A stretch of 35,621 nt of DNA. Origin: an uncultured Bacillus sp. (GTDB taxonomy: Bacteria > Bacillota > Bacilli > Bacillales > Cytobacillaceae). The stretch is taken from assembly GCA_937902115.1 (NCBI GenBank), contig CALGSR010000446.1, positions 1 through 35,621 on the forward strand. Reading direction: 5' to 3'. Below are positions 17,866-26,948 of the stretch, one piece after another. Position numbers and translations under genes: made by a program. The stretch's first letter is position 1. Each line of letters begins with the position of its first letter. The notes beneath the pieces were generated by a model that was given only the letters and a program-made list of their open reading frames with translations, was not told the origin of the DNA and ran no database searches.

Positions 17866-18322
17866 TTATCTTCATTTGGTGTTATTCTGCTTGTCGCACT
17901 CTAAGGTGTTTTTATTGGTGTGTTTTCTTATTATTTGGCTGATGTCAACGGATTGGTTACTGTCAATAGGGCTTGTGCTATTATTTCTATTGTATACGTG
18001 TTTTCATGAATTCGGTCATCTAATATTTTTGAAAAAATATCAGTTGGATTATCAACTTGAGGTCACTTATTTACTATTGAATGTTTCTTTTTGTGCTGCT
18101 TCCTTTAGGAAGCTTACATTCTCCCAAAAACTACAGATTGTTTTAGGTGGTCCCCTGTTTGGTTGTTTATATGGGGGGAGTCTATTATTCCTATTGGAAT
18201 CATCTAGCTATTTGATATGGCTTGTCGTTCTTATCATTCTATCGGAAGGGATGAACCTACTCTTTGGTCAAGATGGTAAGTTACTAGAAAAAGTAATAAA
18301 AGAAAGGAAGAGAACAAAATGA
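17849..18322 (+). CDS. Small site-2/M50-like intramembrane zinc metalloprotease (cluster 2)
   Basis: FHEFGH within a TM segment, IVLGGP and NLLFGQDG. Confidence 0.78.
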   Translation: MTLLRSYLHLVLFCLSHSKVFLLVCFLIIWLMSTDWLLSIGLVLLFLLYTCFHEFGHLIFLKKYQLDYQLEVTYLLLNVSFCAASFRKLTFSQKLQIVLGGPLFGCLYGGSLLFLLESSSYLIWLVVLIILSEGMNLLFGQDGKLLEKVIKERKRTK

Positions 18323-18606
18323 GAAATATTCGAGTGTACTTGATTTGTACCATTCTCAATCTTTTACTGTTAGTTTTTTCAAGCTTTTATTTTTTTGCTA
18401 AAAACTTAAGTGAGCCTGTGAAAGAGAATACATACATTCCTTTTGAAGGGTTATATCTGTACGAGTTATTAGAGAATGGTGAAGTCTCTGTCCACATTAT
18501 TAACATTTTGATTTATTCTGTCGTGCTTGCGATTCCTGTTTTCTTTCTATTGAAATTTTTTAGTCAAATAATAACGAAAAAATTAATCAATAAAGGAAAT
18601 CTGTAA
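18319..18606 (+). CDS. Small 2-TM protein (immunity or accessory, possibly LlsX-like; cluster 2)
   Basis: 95 aa, two TM helices flanking YIPFEGLYLYEL; ATGA overlap with the protease gene. Confidence 0.65.
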   Translation: MRNIRVYLICTILNLLLLVFSSFYFFAKNLSEPVKENTYIPFEGLYLYELLENGEVSVHIINILIYSVVLAIPVFFLLKFFSQIITKKLINKGNL

Positions 18607-18607
18607 G

Positions 18608-19339
18608 ATGCTTTCAGCTATTTCGGTCAATCATTTAACGAAAACTTTTGGAACGAATCGCGCTTTGGATGACATTCATTTAACCTTTGATAAGAACAAG
18701 ACCTATGCGGTTTTAGGGCATAATGGGGCTGGGAAAACCACTTTAATAAGAGAAATTTTGGGTTTTGGCAACAAGAGGAATTCAGCTATAGAGTATCGAA
18801 CTGAAACGCAAACGATTCAAAAAGTGAAGCTTCATATGTCTTTTTCACCTGAGAAATATGAATTGTTAGAGGACTTAACAGTTTATGAATATTTACAATT
18901 TGTAGCCAAATTATACAAACAGTATAACGATCAGGTTCTAATGAAAATGGAGGAATTACTCGAGTACTTTGAATTAGAGGATAAAAGAAATAAATTTATC
19001 TTCACATTATCGAATGGAATGAAGAAGAAGCTATGTCATATTTCCGCATTAGCAGTGGAGACCGATTTTGTTTTCCTAGATGAACCTTTCGCAGCTTTAG
19101 ATCCTGTTTCCATTTATCACTTAAAAAAATATATTGTTGACCATTCCGGTTCAAGAGGCTTTATTATTTGTACGCACCAATTGGACATAATCGATAAAAT
19201 GGAATTTCAAGAGGATACATTGGAGATTATTTTACTGAATCAAGGAGAACTGAAATTTAAAGGAGATAAAAAGTCTCTTTTTGAATCTACTAGTAAGCAT
19301 TCGATTGAAGAGGCATATATTGATTATCATAAGAGGTAA
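18608..19339 (+). CDS. ABC transporter ATP-binding protein (cluster 2)
   Basis: Walker A GHNGAGKTT, LSNGMKKK, FLDEPF, CTH; C-terminal IEEAYI like the cluster 1 ATPase (LEEAYI). Confidence 0.93.
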   Translation: MLSAISVNHLTKTFGTNRALDDIHLTFDKNKTYAVLGHNGAGKTTLIREILGFGNKRNSAIEYRTETQTIQKVKLHMSFSPEKYELLEDLTVYEYLQFVAKLYKQYNDQVLMKMEELLEYFELEDKRNKFIFTLSNGMKKKLCHISALAVETDFVFLDEPFAALDPVSIYHLKKYIVDHSGSRGFIICTHQLDIIDKMEFQEDTLEIILLNQGELKFKGDKKSLFESTSKHSIEEAYIDYHKR

Positions 19340-19382
19340 GAATAGATGTAATTGACATCATTGAATCCTTAATCAAGGTGTT

Positions 19383-19414
19383 AAAGGTCACGAGTTATGC
19401 TCGTGGCCTTTTTT
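19383..19414 (+). terminator. Terminator ending cluster 2 (short member of the palindrome family)
   Basis: AAAGGTCACGAG-ttatg-CTCGTGGCCTTTTTT. Confidence 0.8.
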
Positions 19415-19557
19415 AACTATGAATCTGTCAATCTTTTTCGGGTTTTATCAAAATGTATTTGCCCCCTTATTTTTTGCTAAAAAGGGTAAACAGTTGACAG
19501 TTTAACCAATTTCCCCGTAAAGTTGCATAGGATACAAATTATAACGGAGGAGAAAAG

Positions 19558-20826
19558 ATGCAATTTATTAATGATCTACTTCTGGATATGGAGCTCAATC
19601 CTAAATTAGTAGAAACTCTTTCGATTATCATCAAGATTTTGCTAATAGGGATCCTCTGTATCGCAGCAAATTTTATTTCAAAGAAAATAGTGATGAGGAT
19701 TATCACTCGTATCGTAAAAAATTCCAAGGTCCAGTGGGCGAAAATCTTTTTGGAAAGAAAAGTGTTTCGAAGGTTATCCCATCTTGTGCCTGCGCTCATT
19801 ATTTATTCGTTTTCTTCCACTTTTCCAACCTATCAATCAACCATCGAGAAATTGGCCACTGCCTATATCATTATTGTTGCGTTGGTCTTTATTCAAAGTT
19901 TGCTAAATGCACTTAATGATATTTATCAAACCTATGAAATATCTAAGGTGAAGCCGATTAAAGGATATATTCAGGTGGTTAACATCATTATCATGATTAT
20001 CGGGTTCATTATAATTATCTCGAATCTAATTGATAAGAGTCCTCTTATTCTCTTAAGTGGTCTTGGTGCACTCTCAGCAGTTTTAATGTTAGTATTTAAA
20101 GATTCAATATTAGGATTAGTGGCCGGAATTCAGTTAACAGCCAATGATATGGTTCGGGTTGGTGATTGGATTGAAATGCCAAAGTATGGAGCGAATGGGG
20201 ATGTGATTGATATTTCACTAAATACCGTAATGGTGCAAAACTTTGACAAAACGGTAACGATGATCCCAAGTTATGCGCTTATTTCCGATTCTTTTATTAA
20301 CTGGAGAGGGATGCAAAGCTCAGGCGGCAGACGAATCAAGCGCTCCATGTATCTGGATACGAGCAGTATCACGTTTTGCAGCGAGGAAATGATTGCGGAA
20401 TTTATGAAGATTCAGTACCTTTCAGACTACATCGTGCAAAAGGAAAAGGAAATTGCTGCGTACAATGCCAAAAATGAAATTGATCGAGATAATCGCGTGA
20501 ACGGCAGGGCTCTTACCAATATCGGTATTTTCAGGGCGTATATCAGCAATTATCTTAAAAATCACCCTGGAATCAATCAGGATATGACCTTAATGGTTAG
20601 ACAGATGGAAGCCAGTGAACATGGGGTGCCTTTAGAAATATATGCATTTACCAATAGTGTACAGTGGGCAGTGTATGAGGCTGTACAATCTGATATCTTT
20701 GACCATTTATTTGCAGTTGCACCAGAGTTTGGACTTAGAGTATTCCAGAATCCAACTGGGGCTGACGTAAGAAACATAGTAGATGAATCAGGCAACAAAG
20801 CCTTGATTGGTGGAAGAAGCAATTGA
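19558..20826 (+). CDS. Mechanosensitive channel, MscS family (YbdG/MscM-like)
   Basis: N-terminal TMs; RVGDWIEMPKYGANGDV, NWRGMQSSGGRRIKRS and YEAVQSDIFDH. Confidence 0.93.
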   Translation: MQFINDLLLDMELNPKLVETLSIIIKILLIGILCIAANFISKKIVMRIITRIVKNSKVQWAKIFLERKVFRRLSHLVPALIIYSFSSTFPTYQSTIEKLATAYIIIVALVFIQSLLNALNDIYQTYEISKVKPIKGYIQVVNIIIMIIGFIIIISNLIDKSPLILLSGLGALSAVLMLVFKDSILGLVAGIQLTANDMVRVGDWIEMPKYGANGDVIDISLNTVMVQNFDKTVTMIPSYALISDSFINWRGMQSSGGRRIKRSMYLDTSSITFCSEEMIAEFMKIQYLSDYIVQKEKEIAAYNAKNEIDRDNRVNGRALTNIGIFRAYISNYLKNHPGINQDMTLMVRQMEASEHGVPLEIYAFTNSVQWAVYEAVQSDIFDHLFAVAPEFGLRVFQNPTGADVRNIVDESGNKALIGGRSN

Positions 20827-20843
20827 ACTAACCAAGAACCGAA

Positions 20844-20881
20844 ACAAAACCGACTGTGTTAAATAACATAGTCGGTTTTGT
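20844..20881. terminator. Bidirectional terminator between convergent genes
   Basis: ACAAAACCGACT...AGTCGGTTTTGT. Confidence 0.85.
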
Positions 20882-20885
20882 CTAT

Positions 20886-21740
20886 TCATATACGCATTAA
20901 TGCGCCATCAGGCTCTGGTAGCTCTGCTTCCACGATCCGATTCATTTTACAAAAATGCTCAAAAAAGTTCTGTGCTTGTTCTTTTTCCTGTACATCACTT
21001 TTTACAGAAATGATATCGCGTAAAATTTGCGCCATCCATACATTATCAAAATAGCGGAATTTCCCTGTATTCCAAGTCATACTTTCTGGGGCTTTTTCAT
21101 TTACATAATACTTCCAAAAGGGTACCCTGTCCGATTCCTGTTCTGTAAGTTGCAGTTTGTATTCTGAATGAGCAGGAATGAATCCATCCTCACAAAACTT
21201 ACCGATAAACTCTTCATTCGCCATATAAGCCCCTAAGATACGTCTGTCTTTCTCAGGCGTATTGGAATCTCTTTCTGTTAAAAGGACAACGCTATTTTGA
21301 TAAATACGGGTAGGTTTTTTTGGCATGCCTTTGTTATTCCCGCTTTTTATGACGCCGATAAAAACCTTCCACTCAGCAAAAACACTGCTTAGTTCTTCGG
21401 CATCACACCAAAAGACCATTTGTGATTCAGGATGAAGCTTATGATTTTTCATAAGTTTTTCGTGTTCTAAGCGAAGTTGTTGTTCTTGAAGTTGAAGTTG
21501 TTTTGCTTCTTCTCTTTCGCGTTCTTTCTTCTCCCGTTCTAATTTCCTTTTTTGTAGAACCTGTTCAAGTGAATCAGCAGCATTTTTATCATGCAGCTTT
21601 AGATGTTTTCCAAATGCATCAGGAAAAACAAACTTTTTATTTTCTGTTGCGAAATGTATTTCGATGATAGAATCATTATGTTTCACAACACTTCCCTTGC
21701 CAAAACGCGTGTGTGTTACTTCTTTATTGATTAGATTCAT
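20886..21740 (-). CDS. Hypothetical protein: N-terminal Tudor/KOW-like module, coiled coil and uncharacterised C-terminal domain
   Basis: RBS GGAGG; VTHTRFGKGSV...KKFVFP resembles the UvrD/PcrA C-terminal module; charged coiled coil follows. Confidence 0.8.
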   Translation of the reverse strand: MNLINKEVTHTRFGKGSVVKHNDSIIEIHFATENKKFVFPDAFGKHLKLHDKNAADSLEQVLQKRKLEREKKEREREEAKQLQLQEQQLRLEHEKLMKNHKLHPESQMVFWCDAEELSSVFAEWKVFIGVIKSGNNKGMPKKPTRIYQNSVVLLTERDSNTPEKDRRILGAYMANEEFIGKFCEDGFIPAHSEYKLQLTEQESDRVPFWKYYVNEKAPESMTWNTGKFRYFDNVWMAQILRDIISVKSDVQEKEQAQNFFEHFCKMNRIVEAELPEPDGALMRI

Positions 21741-22198
21741 TATTTTGTCCTCCCTGTAATAATAAAACCTGCTTCATTTTAAAGAAGGGATATAAAAAAC
21801 CGCACCCAAATTCTAACGGTAAAAAGAGTACATAAGAATTTGAAATACGATTTAAAAAACAGTTGTGATATTATTTTAACATATTTTTGAAAATAACACA
21901 AATTTACTGTTGACAACATAATTTAGCGTAATGTAAAATAAAAGATTATTTTAATTGATATGCTTATGTTTTTCTCCATATTCGAGCAACTGGTATAAAA
22001 AATATTTACATTAGAGAATGAAAAAACAGCAGGGGAATAGTGTCCCGGTCACAATTTTACGTTTAGTAAGTTTCCATTATTAGTTGTATTTGAACATTTT
22101 CCACTTGCCAAATATTGGTCAAATATAGTACGTTATTGGTTCATAATTCAATCAGACCAAAATATTAATATCGAGTCAGTGCTTAAAGAAAGTGAGGA

Positions 22199-24268
22199 AT
22201 GATTATGCATCTCCCACTACAAGAACCCGTTCTCATATTTGGTTTTGCTGTGTTAGTTTTTTTGTTATTTCCTATTCTAATGAGGAAACTAAGAGTACCC
22301 GCTATTATTGGTCCCATTATAGCAGGAGTTATCGTTGGTCCAAACGGGCTGGAAATATTAGCACGAGATTCGACCATTGAATTGCTTGGAACCGTCGGAT
22401 TATTGTTTATCATGTTTATCGCAGGGCTTGAGTTGGACCTTGATGGATTCAAGAAACATCGAAATCGCAGTATTTTATTTGGCCTTCTTTCGTTTGCAAT
22501 CCCATTAATACTCGGTACACTAGTAGGGCTATGGCTTGATCTCAGTATGCTCTCAGCTGTTTTATTTGGTGCCATTTTCTCTACCCATACTCTTTTAGGG
22601 TATCCTGCTATCAGCCGGCTTGGCGTTACGAAAAACAAAGCTGTCACAACAGCAGTTGGTGGTACATTAATAACAGATAGCTTGGCATTGCTTGTTCTTG
22701 CTGTCATAGCTGGGGCTTCCCAAGAGAAATTAACACTTGGGTTTTTTGTATCCTTGATTATTGCAACAATCCTTTTTGCTGTAGTCGTTTTAGTTTTAAC
22801 CCCCTATCTATCAAAGTGGTTCTTTCAACGTTCTAATAATGAAGGAACGTTAGAATTTAACTTTGTTCTGGCTATTTTATTTGTTGCAGGGGCAATCTCA
22901 TTGTTTGTCGGATTAGAACCGATTATCGGGGCATTCTTGGCCGGTCTGGCCTTAAACAGGTACATTTATGATCATGGCCCATTAATGAATAGAATCCGTT
23001 TTACGGCAAACGCCTTATTTATTCCGTTTTTCTTGTTATCTGTAGGGATGTTGATGGATCTACGTGTTCTTATATCCAGTCATAGTGCATTGCTACAAAT
23101 CATCCTAATTACCATTGTAGCGGTTGGCAGTAAACTACTGGCCAGTTGGGTGACGAGTAAAGTATATGGTTATTCCAAGACAGAAAACAAAGTCATGTTT
23201 GGACTTTCTACTACCCATGCGGCGGCAACATTAGCCATCACCCTTGTTGGATATCAATTTGGCTTATTTGATCAGCAAATCATAAATGCTGTTATTGTGA
23301 TCATTTTAGTTACTTGTATTTTAGGTCCATACCTTTGTGAAAAATATGGCAGGAAACTGGCTGTTGACGAAGAGCAAACGGTATTGGACGATACGCTTCC
23401 TGAACGGATATTAATCCCGATTGCGAATCCGAATACAATGGAAACCTTGCTGGATTTAGGGTTTGTCTTAAAAAGAGCGAAAAAGACAGATGAACCGCTT
23501 TATCCATTAACAATCGTGCAAAAGGATTTAAAACAAGCGAGCAATGAGGTAGCACAAGCGGAAAGAATGCTTGGACGTGCGATCATGTATGCATCAGGGG
23601 CAGATGTTTCTGTTAAAATATTGACGCGTGTGGATCACAATATCGGATGGGGAATCGAACGTGCCGCTACAGAAGAACGAATCACAACGATCATTGTAGG
23701 GTGGGATGGTGCTGGTGAGGGGGGGCAAAAGGTCTTCGGGAAAGTGATTGATAATTTCCTTGAACACACCTATCAGCGTTCACTCATAACAAAGATTAGG
23801 CAACCGTTGAGTACGATGGAACGGGTGACCCTTATTCTGCCAAATAATGTCGTTCACAAGCCGGGTTTTGAAGATTCAATCTCAATTATTAAAAGTATTG
23901 CTTCCCAACTCAGTGCAACACTGAGAGGTCTTGTCATTCGCGATAACTTAGAAGCTTATAAAAAAGTTTCTGAACATGTACATCCCCATGTTAAAGTCGA
24001 GTTCCAATTGATTGATGGCTGGAATTCCCTCTATGAAAATGACTTGAATGATGTAAAATCAACCGATCTTGTGATTTTATTAAGTGCTAGAAGAGGGACT
24101 GTGGCATGGCATCCAAACTTAGAAACGATACCAAAAAAACTAGCTTCAATGAATCTTGAGAACTTCATCGTGTTCTACCCTACGGAAATAAAAGAAACGG
24201 ACATTCGTGGTTCACGCGGTACTGAAGTCCCGAAAGACTTACTTTTTAAAAATGATTATGAAGACTAA
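22199..24268 (+). CDS. Cation:proton antiporter (CPA2) with C-terminal USP-like domain
   Basis: About 12 TM; GVIVGPNGL, MFIAGLELD and IIGAFLAGL; cytoplasmic RILIPIANP..IIVGW. Confidence 0.92.
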   Translation: MIMHLPLQEPVLIFGFAVLVFLLFPILMRKLRVPAIIGPIIAGVIVGPNGLEILARDSTIELLGTVGLLFIMFIAGLELDLDGFKKHRNRSILFGLLSFAIPLILGTLVGLWLDLSMLSAVLFGAIFSTHTLLGYPAISRLGVTKNKAVTTAVGGTLITDSLALLVLAVIAGASQEKLTLGFFVSLIIATILFAVVVLVLTPYLSKWFFQRSNNEGTLEFNFVLAILFVAGAISLFVGLEPIIGAFLAGLALNRYIYDHGPLMNRIRFTANALFIPFFLLSVGMLMDLRVLISSHSALLQIILITIVAVGSKLLASWVTSKVYGYSKTENKVMFGLSTTHAAATLAITLVGYQFGLFDQQIINAVIVIILVTCILGPYLCEKYGRKLAVDEEQTVLDDTLPERILIPIANPNTMETLLDLGFVLKRAKKTDEPLYPLTIVQKDLKQASNEVAQAERMLGRAIMYASGADVSVKILTRVDHNIGWGIERAATEERITTIIVGWDGAGEGGQKVFGKVIDNFLEHTYQRSLITKIRQPLSTMERVTLILPNNVVHKPGFEDSISIIKSIASQLSATLRGLVIRDNLEAYKKVSEHVHPHVKVEFQLIDGWNSLYENDLNDVKSTDLVILLSARRGTVAWHPNLETIPKKLASMNLENFIVFYPTEIKETDIRGSRGTEVPKDLLFKNDYED

Positions 24269-24294
24269 TAATATAATTGTAACGTGACAATAAA

Positions 24295-24346
24295 AAACGG
24301 AATTCAGTCCCTTATTTATCGGGGGGATGAATTCCGTTTCTTTTTT
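24295..24346 (+). terminator. Rho-independent terminator
   Basis: AAACGGAATTCA...TGAATTCCGTTT followed by a T-run. Confidence 0.85.
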
Positions 24347-24393
24347 AATTTTAGGGTTTTTAGCTCAAGTTTAATAATATTTTTATAAAAGGG

Positions 24394-24518
24394 TTGACAT
24401 ACATAACGGAAATATGATAAATTTATCTCGAATTAGAGATAGTGTGTTTGGATATATTTGATTTAATTATATATGAGTTCCTTTTATATTTTTTGCATAA
24501 TATCTCGAAGTAAAGATA
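24394..24518 (+). promoter_or_regulatory. SigA-like promoter followed by two MhqR-like operators
   Basis: TTGACA at 24394 and TGnTAAATT; TATCTCGAATTAGAGATA at 24424-24441 and TATCTCGAAGTAAAGATA at 24501-24518. Confidence 0.65.
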
Positions 24519-24567
24519 AGATAATTCAAAAAACTCGAAAATCAATATTTGTAGGGAAGTGAAATGA

Positions 24568-25161
24568 ATGGGTTTTTTAAATAAACTATTTGGAACAAAA
24601 AAAGAGGAGGAAGAAACAATGGCAAAATTAAACATCGGAATTATTTTAGGATCTACACGTGAAGGACGTGTGAGTCCACAAGTAGGTGCATGGGTTAAAG
24701 AAATAGCAGATAAACGTGGCGATGCGAACTATACAATCATTGATATTGCAGACTACAAACTGCCATTACTAGGTGAAGAAGGAGCAGACGCTTCAGGTGC
24801 AGCGGGATGGTCTGAAATTGTTGCAGCTCAAGATGGGTTCGTATTTATTGTTCAAGAATACAATCACTCGATTACAGGAGCACTTAAAAATGCTTTAGAT
24901 TATCTTCGTGATGAGTGGAACAACAAGGCAGCTGGAATTGTCTCTTATGGTTCTGTAGGCGGGGCACGTGCAGCTGAACATTTACGTGGGATTTTAGGTG
25001 AATTGTTAGTGGCTGATGTTCGTGTTCATCCAGCATTATCATTATTTACTGATTTTGAGAACGGTACTGAATTTAAACCAAATGCGGTACAAGAGGATTC
25101 CGTTAATCAAATGCTGGATCAATTAATTCCTTGGTCAAAAGCATTATTCACAATCCGATAA
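24568..25161 (+). CDS. NADPH-dependent FMN reductase (azo/quinone reductase-type flavoprotein)
   Basis: GSTREGRVS, EYNHSITGALKNALD and SYGSVGGARA; second in-frame ATG at 24619 with RBS GAGGAGG. Confidence 0.93.
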   Translation: MGFLNKLFGTKKEEEETMAKLNIGIILGSTREGRVSPQVGAWVKEIADKRGDANYTIIDIADYKLPLLGEEGADASGAAGWSEIVAAQDGFVFIVQEYNHSITGALKNALDYLRDEWNNKAAGIVSYGSVGGARAAEHLRGILGELLVADVRVHPALSLFTDFENGTEFKPNAVQEDSVNQMLDQLIPWSKALFTIR

Positions 25162-25173
25162 ACCAGAAAAGTG

Positions 25174-25217
25174 GAAGCTTCTCATGAGTTGATAAAACCC
25201 ATGAGGGGCTTCTTTTT
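25174..25217. terminator. Hairpin of the 1891 palindrome family
   Basis: GAAGCTTCTCATGAGTT-gataa-AACCCATGAGGGGCTTCTTTTT. Confidence 0.7.
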
Positions 25218-25293
25218 ATTTCTTAATAGTTAAAAAATGAGAGCTATATTTTCACCATAGTGGATGTCCACTCGCTTGTGAAAAAAGAGGTAG

Positions 25294-25710
25294 TTATTTT
25301 ACTTCCCTTAAACCTTTCCCTTCAAGGATTTCTTGAATTCCTTCCTCGCAAACCCCATATGAACGCCAGGAACATGTTTTACATATTGTTTGAATATCCG
25401 AGGGGATAACATGCTGTTGGATTTGAATTTCAATGTCTTCCCACTTTAGGATTTGTCCGATTTCAAGTCCCAATTTCTCTAAAATAGCGGTATCCATGTC
25501 ATAAATATTTTTGTTTTGGCAGTGGTATTCCCTTGAGTTGGGGTATTTTTCGCACAACTGATCCGGGCCTTTTATAAGTTGAATCCATTGTTTTGGATTG
25601 TCTCTCAAGGTTTGATGCAGAAATGTCATATTTTCAACGTATTCTTCTGAATAGCCCATGCCCCGATATCCGAGCAGGCAAAAAATATGATGACCTCGCA
25701 GCTTAATCAT
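25294..25710 (-). CDS. DUF1284-family Cys/His metal-binding protein
   Basis: LRGHHIFCLLGYRGMGYS, GPDQLC and ICKTCSW..GVC; ATG after GGGGAG. Confidence 0.88.
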   Translation of the reverse strand: MIKLRGHHIFCLLGYRGMGYSEEYVENMTFLHQTLRDNPKQWIQLIKGPDQLCEKYPNSREYHCQNKNIYDMDTAILEKLGLEIGQILKWEDIEIQIQQHVIPSDIQTICKTCSWRSYGVCEEGIQEILEGKGLREVK

Positions 25711-25961
25711 AATACTCCCCCATTCGGCAGATGAATTAAATTTATTGTTAACCAAAATAATATGATGGTTAACCTTTATTATGCATGTTCAGCTTAACTG
25801 ATTACAGTAAGAGGATTCATTACCCTGCCTGTAGGTAAAGTTTGAAATAAAATTTTGGATTCGATATACTTGTATTATAAAATATTTTTTTTAGTATTTC
25901 TTAGACAGTATTTTATAATAATTGAAGTTTAGGATTTAAATAATAGGAAGGTGGAAATAGA

Positions 25962-26555
25962 ATGTCTTCACTAGCAGCAAAAGAAAGAACAAGTTTTAAA
26001 AAATCTACATTAAAAAAATTGAGAAGTAATGGGGAAATCCCTGCGGTTGTTTACGGAAGAGGAATTGATACAGAATCTATTACGATAAAAAATACAGATC
26101 TATCAAAAGTGATAAAAGATGTTGGTAGAAACGGTATTTTATCACTGGATGTTGATGGAAAAGCAAAAAATGTTATGTTAAGAGATTATCAAAATGACCG
26201 TATAACGAAAGAGATCCTTCATGTTGACTTTCTTCAAGTAGACAAAGATACAGAGGTCACTACAAAAGTTAGCGTCATTCTAAAAGGAACATCAAAAGGC
26301 GAGAAAATCGGTGGCGTTGCTAAACAATATCTTCATGAACTAGATATAACAGCAAAAGCAAACGACATCCCTGATACGATTGAAATTGACATCACTGATT
26401 TTGAAATCGGTCATGCTGTAAGAATAGAAGATGTTAAAAAAGAATATAGTAATTGTACGATCAACCATGAGGATGAAGAATCAATTGTCATGATCGACTT
26501 TGTGAAACCTGAAGCAGTAGAAGAGGAGACTGAAGTCGAAGCTTCTGAAGTTTAA
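25962..26555 (+). CDS. ctc: 50S ribosomal protein L25 / general stress protein Ctc (extra copy)
   Basis: LRSNGEIPAVVYG, ILHVDF and IPDTIEIDIT; acidic tail. Confidence 0.92.
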   Translation: MSSLAAKERTSFKKSTLKKLRSNGEIPAVVYGRGIDTESITIKNTDLSKVIKDVGRNGILSLDVDGKAKNVMLRDYQNDRITKEILHVDFLQVDKDTEVTTKVSVILKGTSKGEKIGGVAKQYLHELDITAKANDIPDTIEIDITDFEIGHAVRIEDVKKEYSNCTINHEDEESIVMIDFVKPEAVEEETEVEASEV

Positions 26556-26820
26556 TTTTCATTTAGTTCTTCACCTGTTCAATTCAATTCCAATAAATAA
26601 GGTAAGTTGAAAAGAATGAGGTTAAATTTGCATGTTTAGCGCCATGCTAATGCTCTATTAATCTTAGCTTCTTTTAGACTTTCAATGTCTTTTTCTGTTT
26701 ATAAGTGTAAACAAATCGGTAAAAGATTTCAATACTTTTTTTTGAAAAAAATGTATCTTTTTTTGTCTGTAGTAGAAGCGCTCATTCGTTCCTCTGCTAT
26801 AGACTTATTTTTGTTCTATA

Positions 26821-26869
26821 AAAGGCCTTTCATGAGTTCACTTTGGGAACTTGTGGAAGGCCCTTTTTT
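26821..26869. terminator. Hairpin of the 1891 palindrome family
   Basis: AAAGGCCTTTCATGAGTTC-actttgg-GAACTTGTGGAAGGCCCTTTTTT. Confidence 0.65.
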
Positions 26870-26948
26870 GATGTCTTTTTCCTAAACATACTTATAATAG
26901 GGATAGTAGCAAAAGAACTTTTATCATAATGAAGCAGGTGAATGATTT

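Noticed and set aside
16173-19339. Circular bacteriocin (AS-48/uberolysin-type) cluster
   Set aside because: No recognisable SpoIIM/DUF95 protein, and the peptide has one TM helix plus a Cys-closed tail rather than a saposin-like multi-helix core.
25925-25952. SigB promoter for the ctc paralogue
   Set aside because: GTTTAG is present but no GGG(T/A)A(T/A) -10 element at the proper spacing.
26685-26885. 66-aa ORF between ctc and the DUF6241-like gene
   Set aside because: No RBS, and it runs through a terminator-like hairpin and T-rich intergenic DNA.
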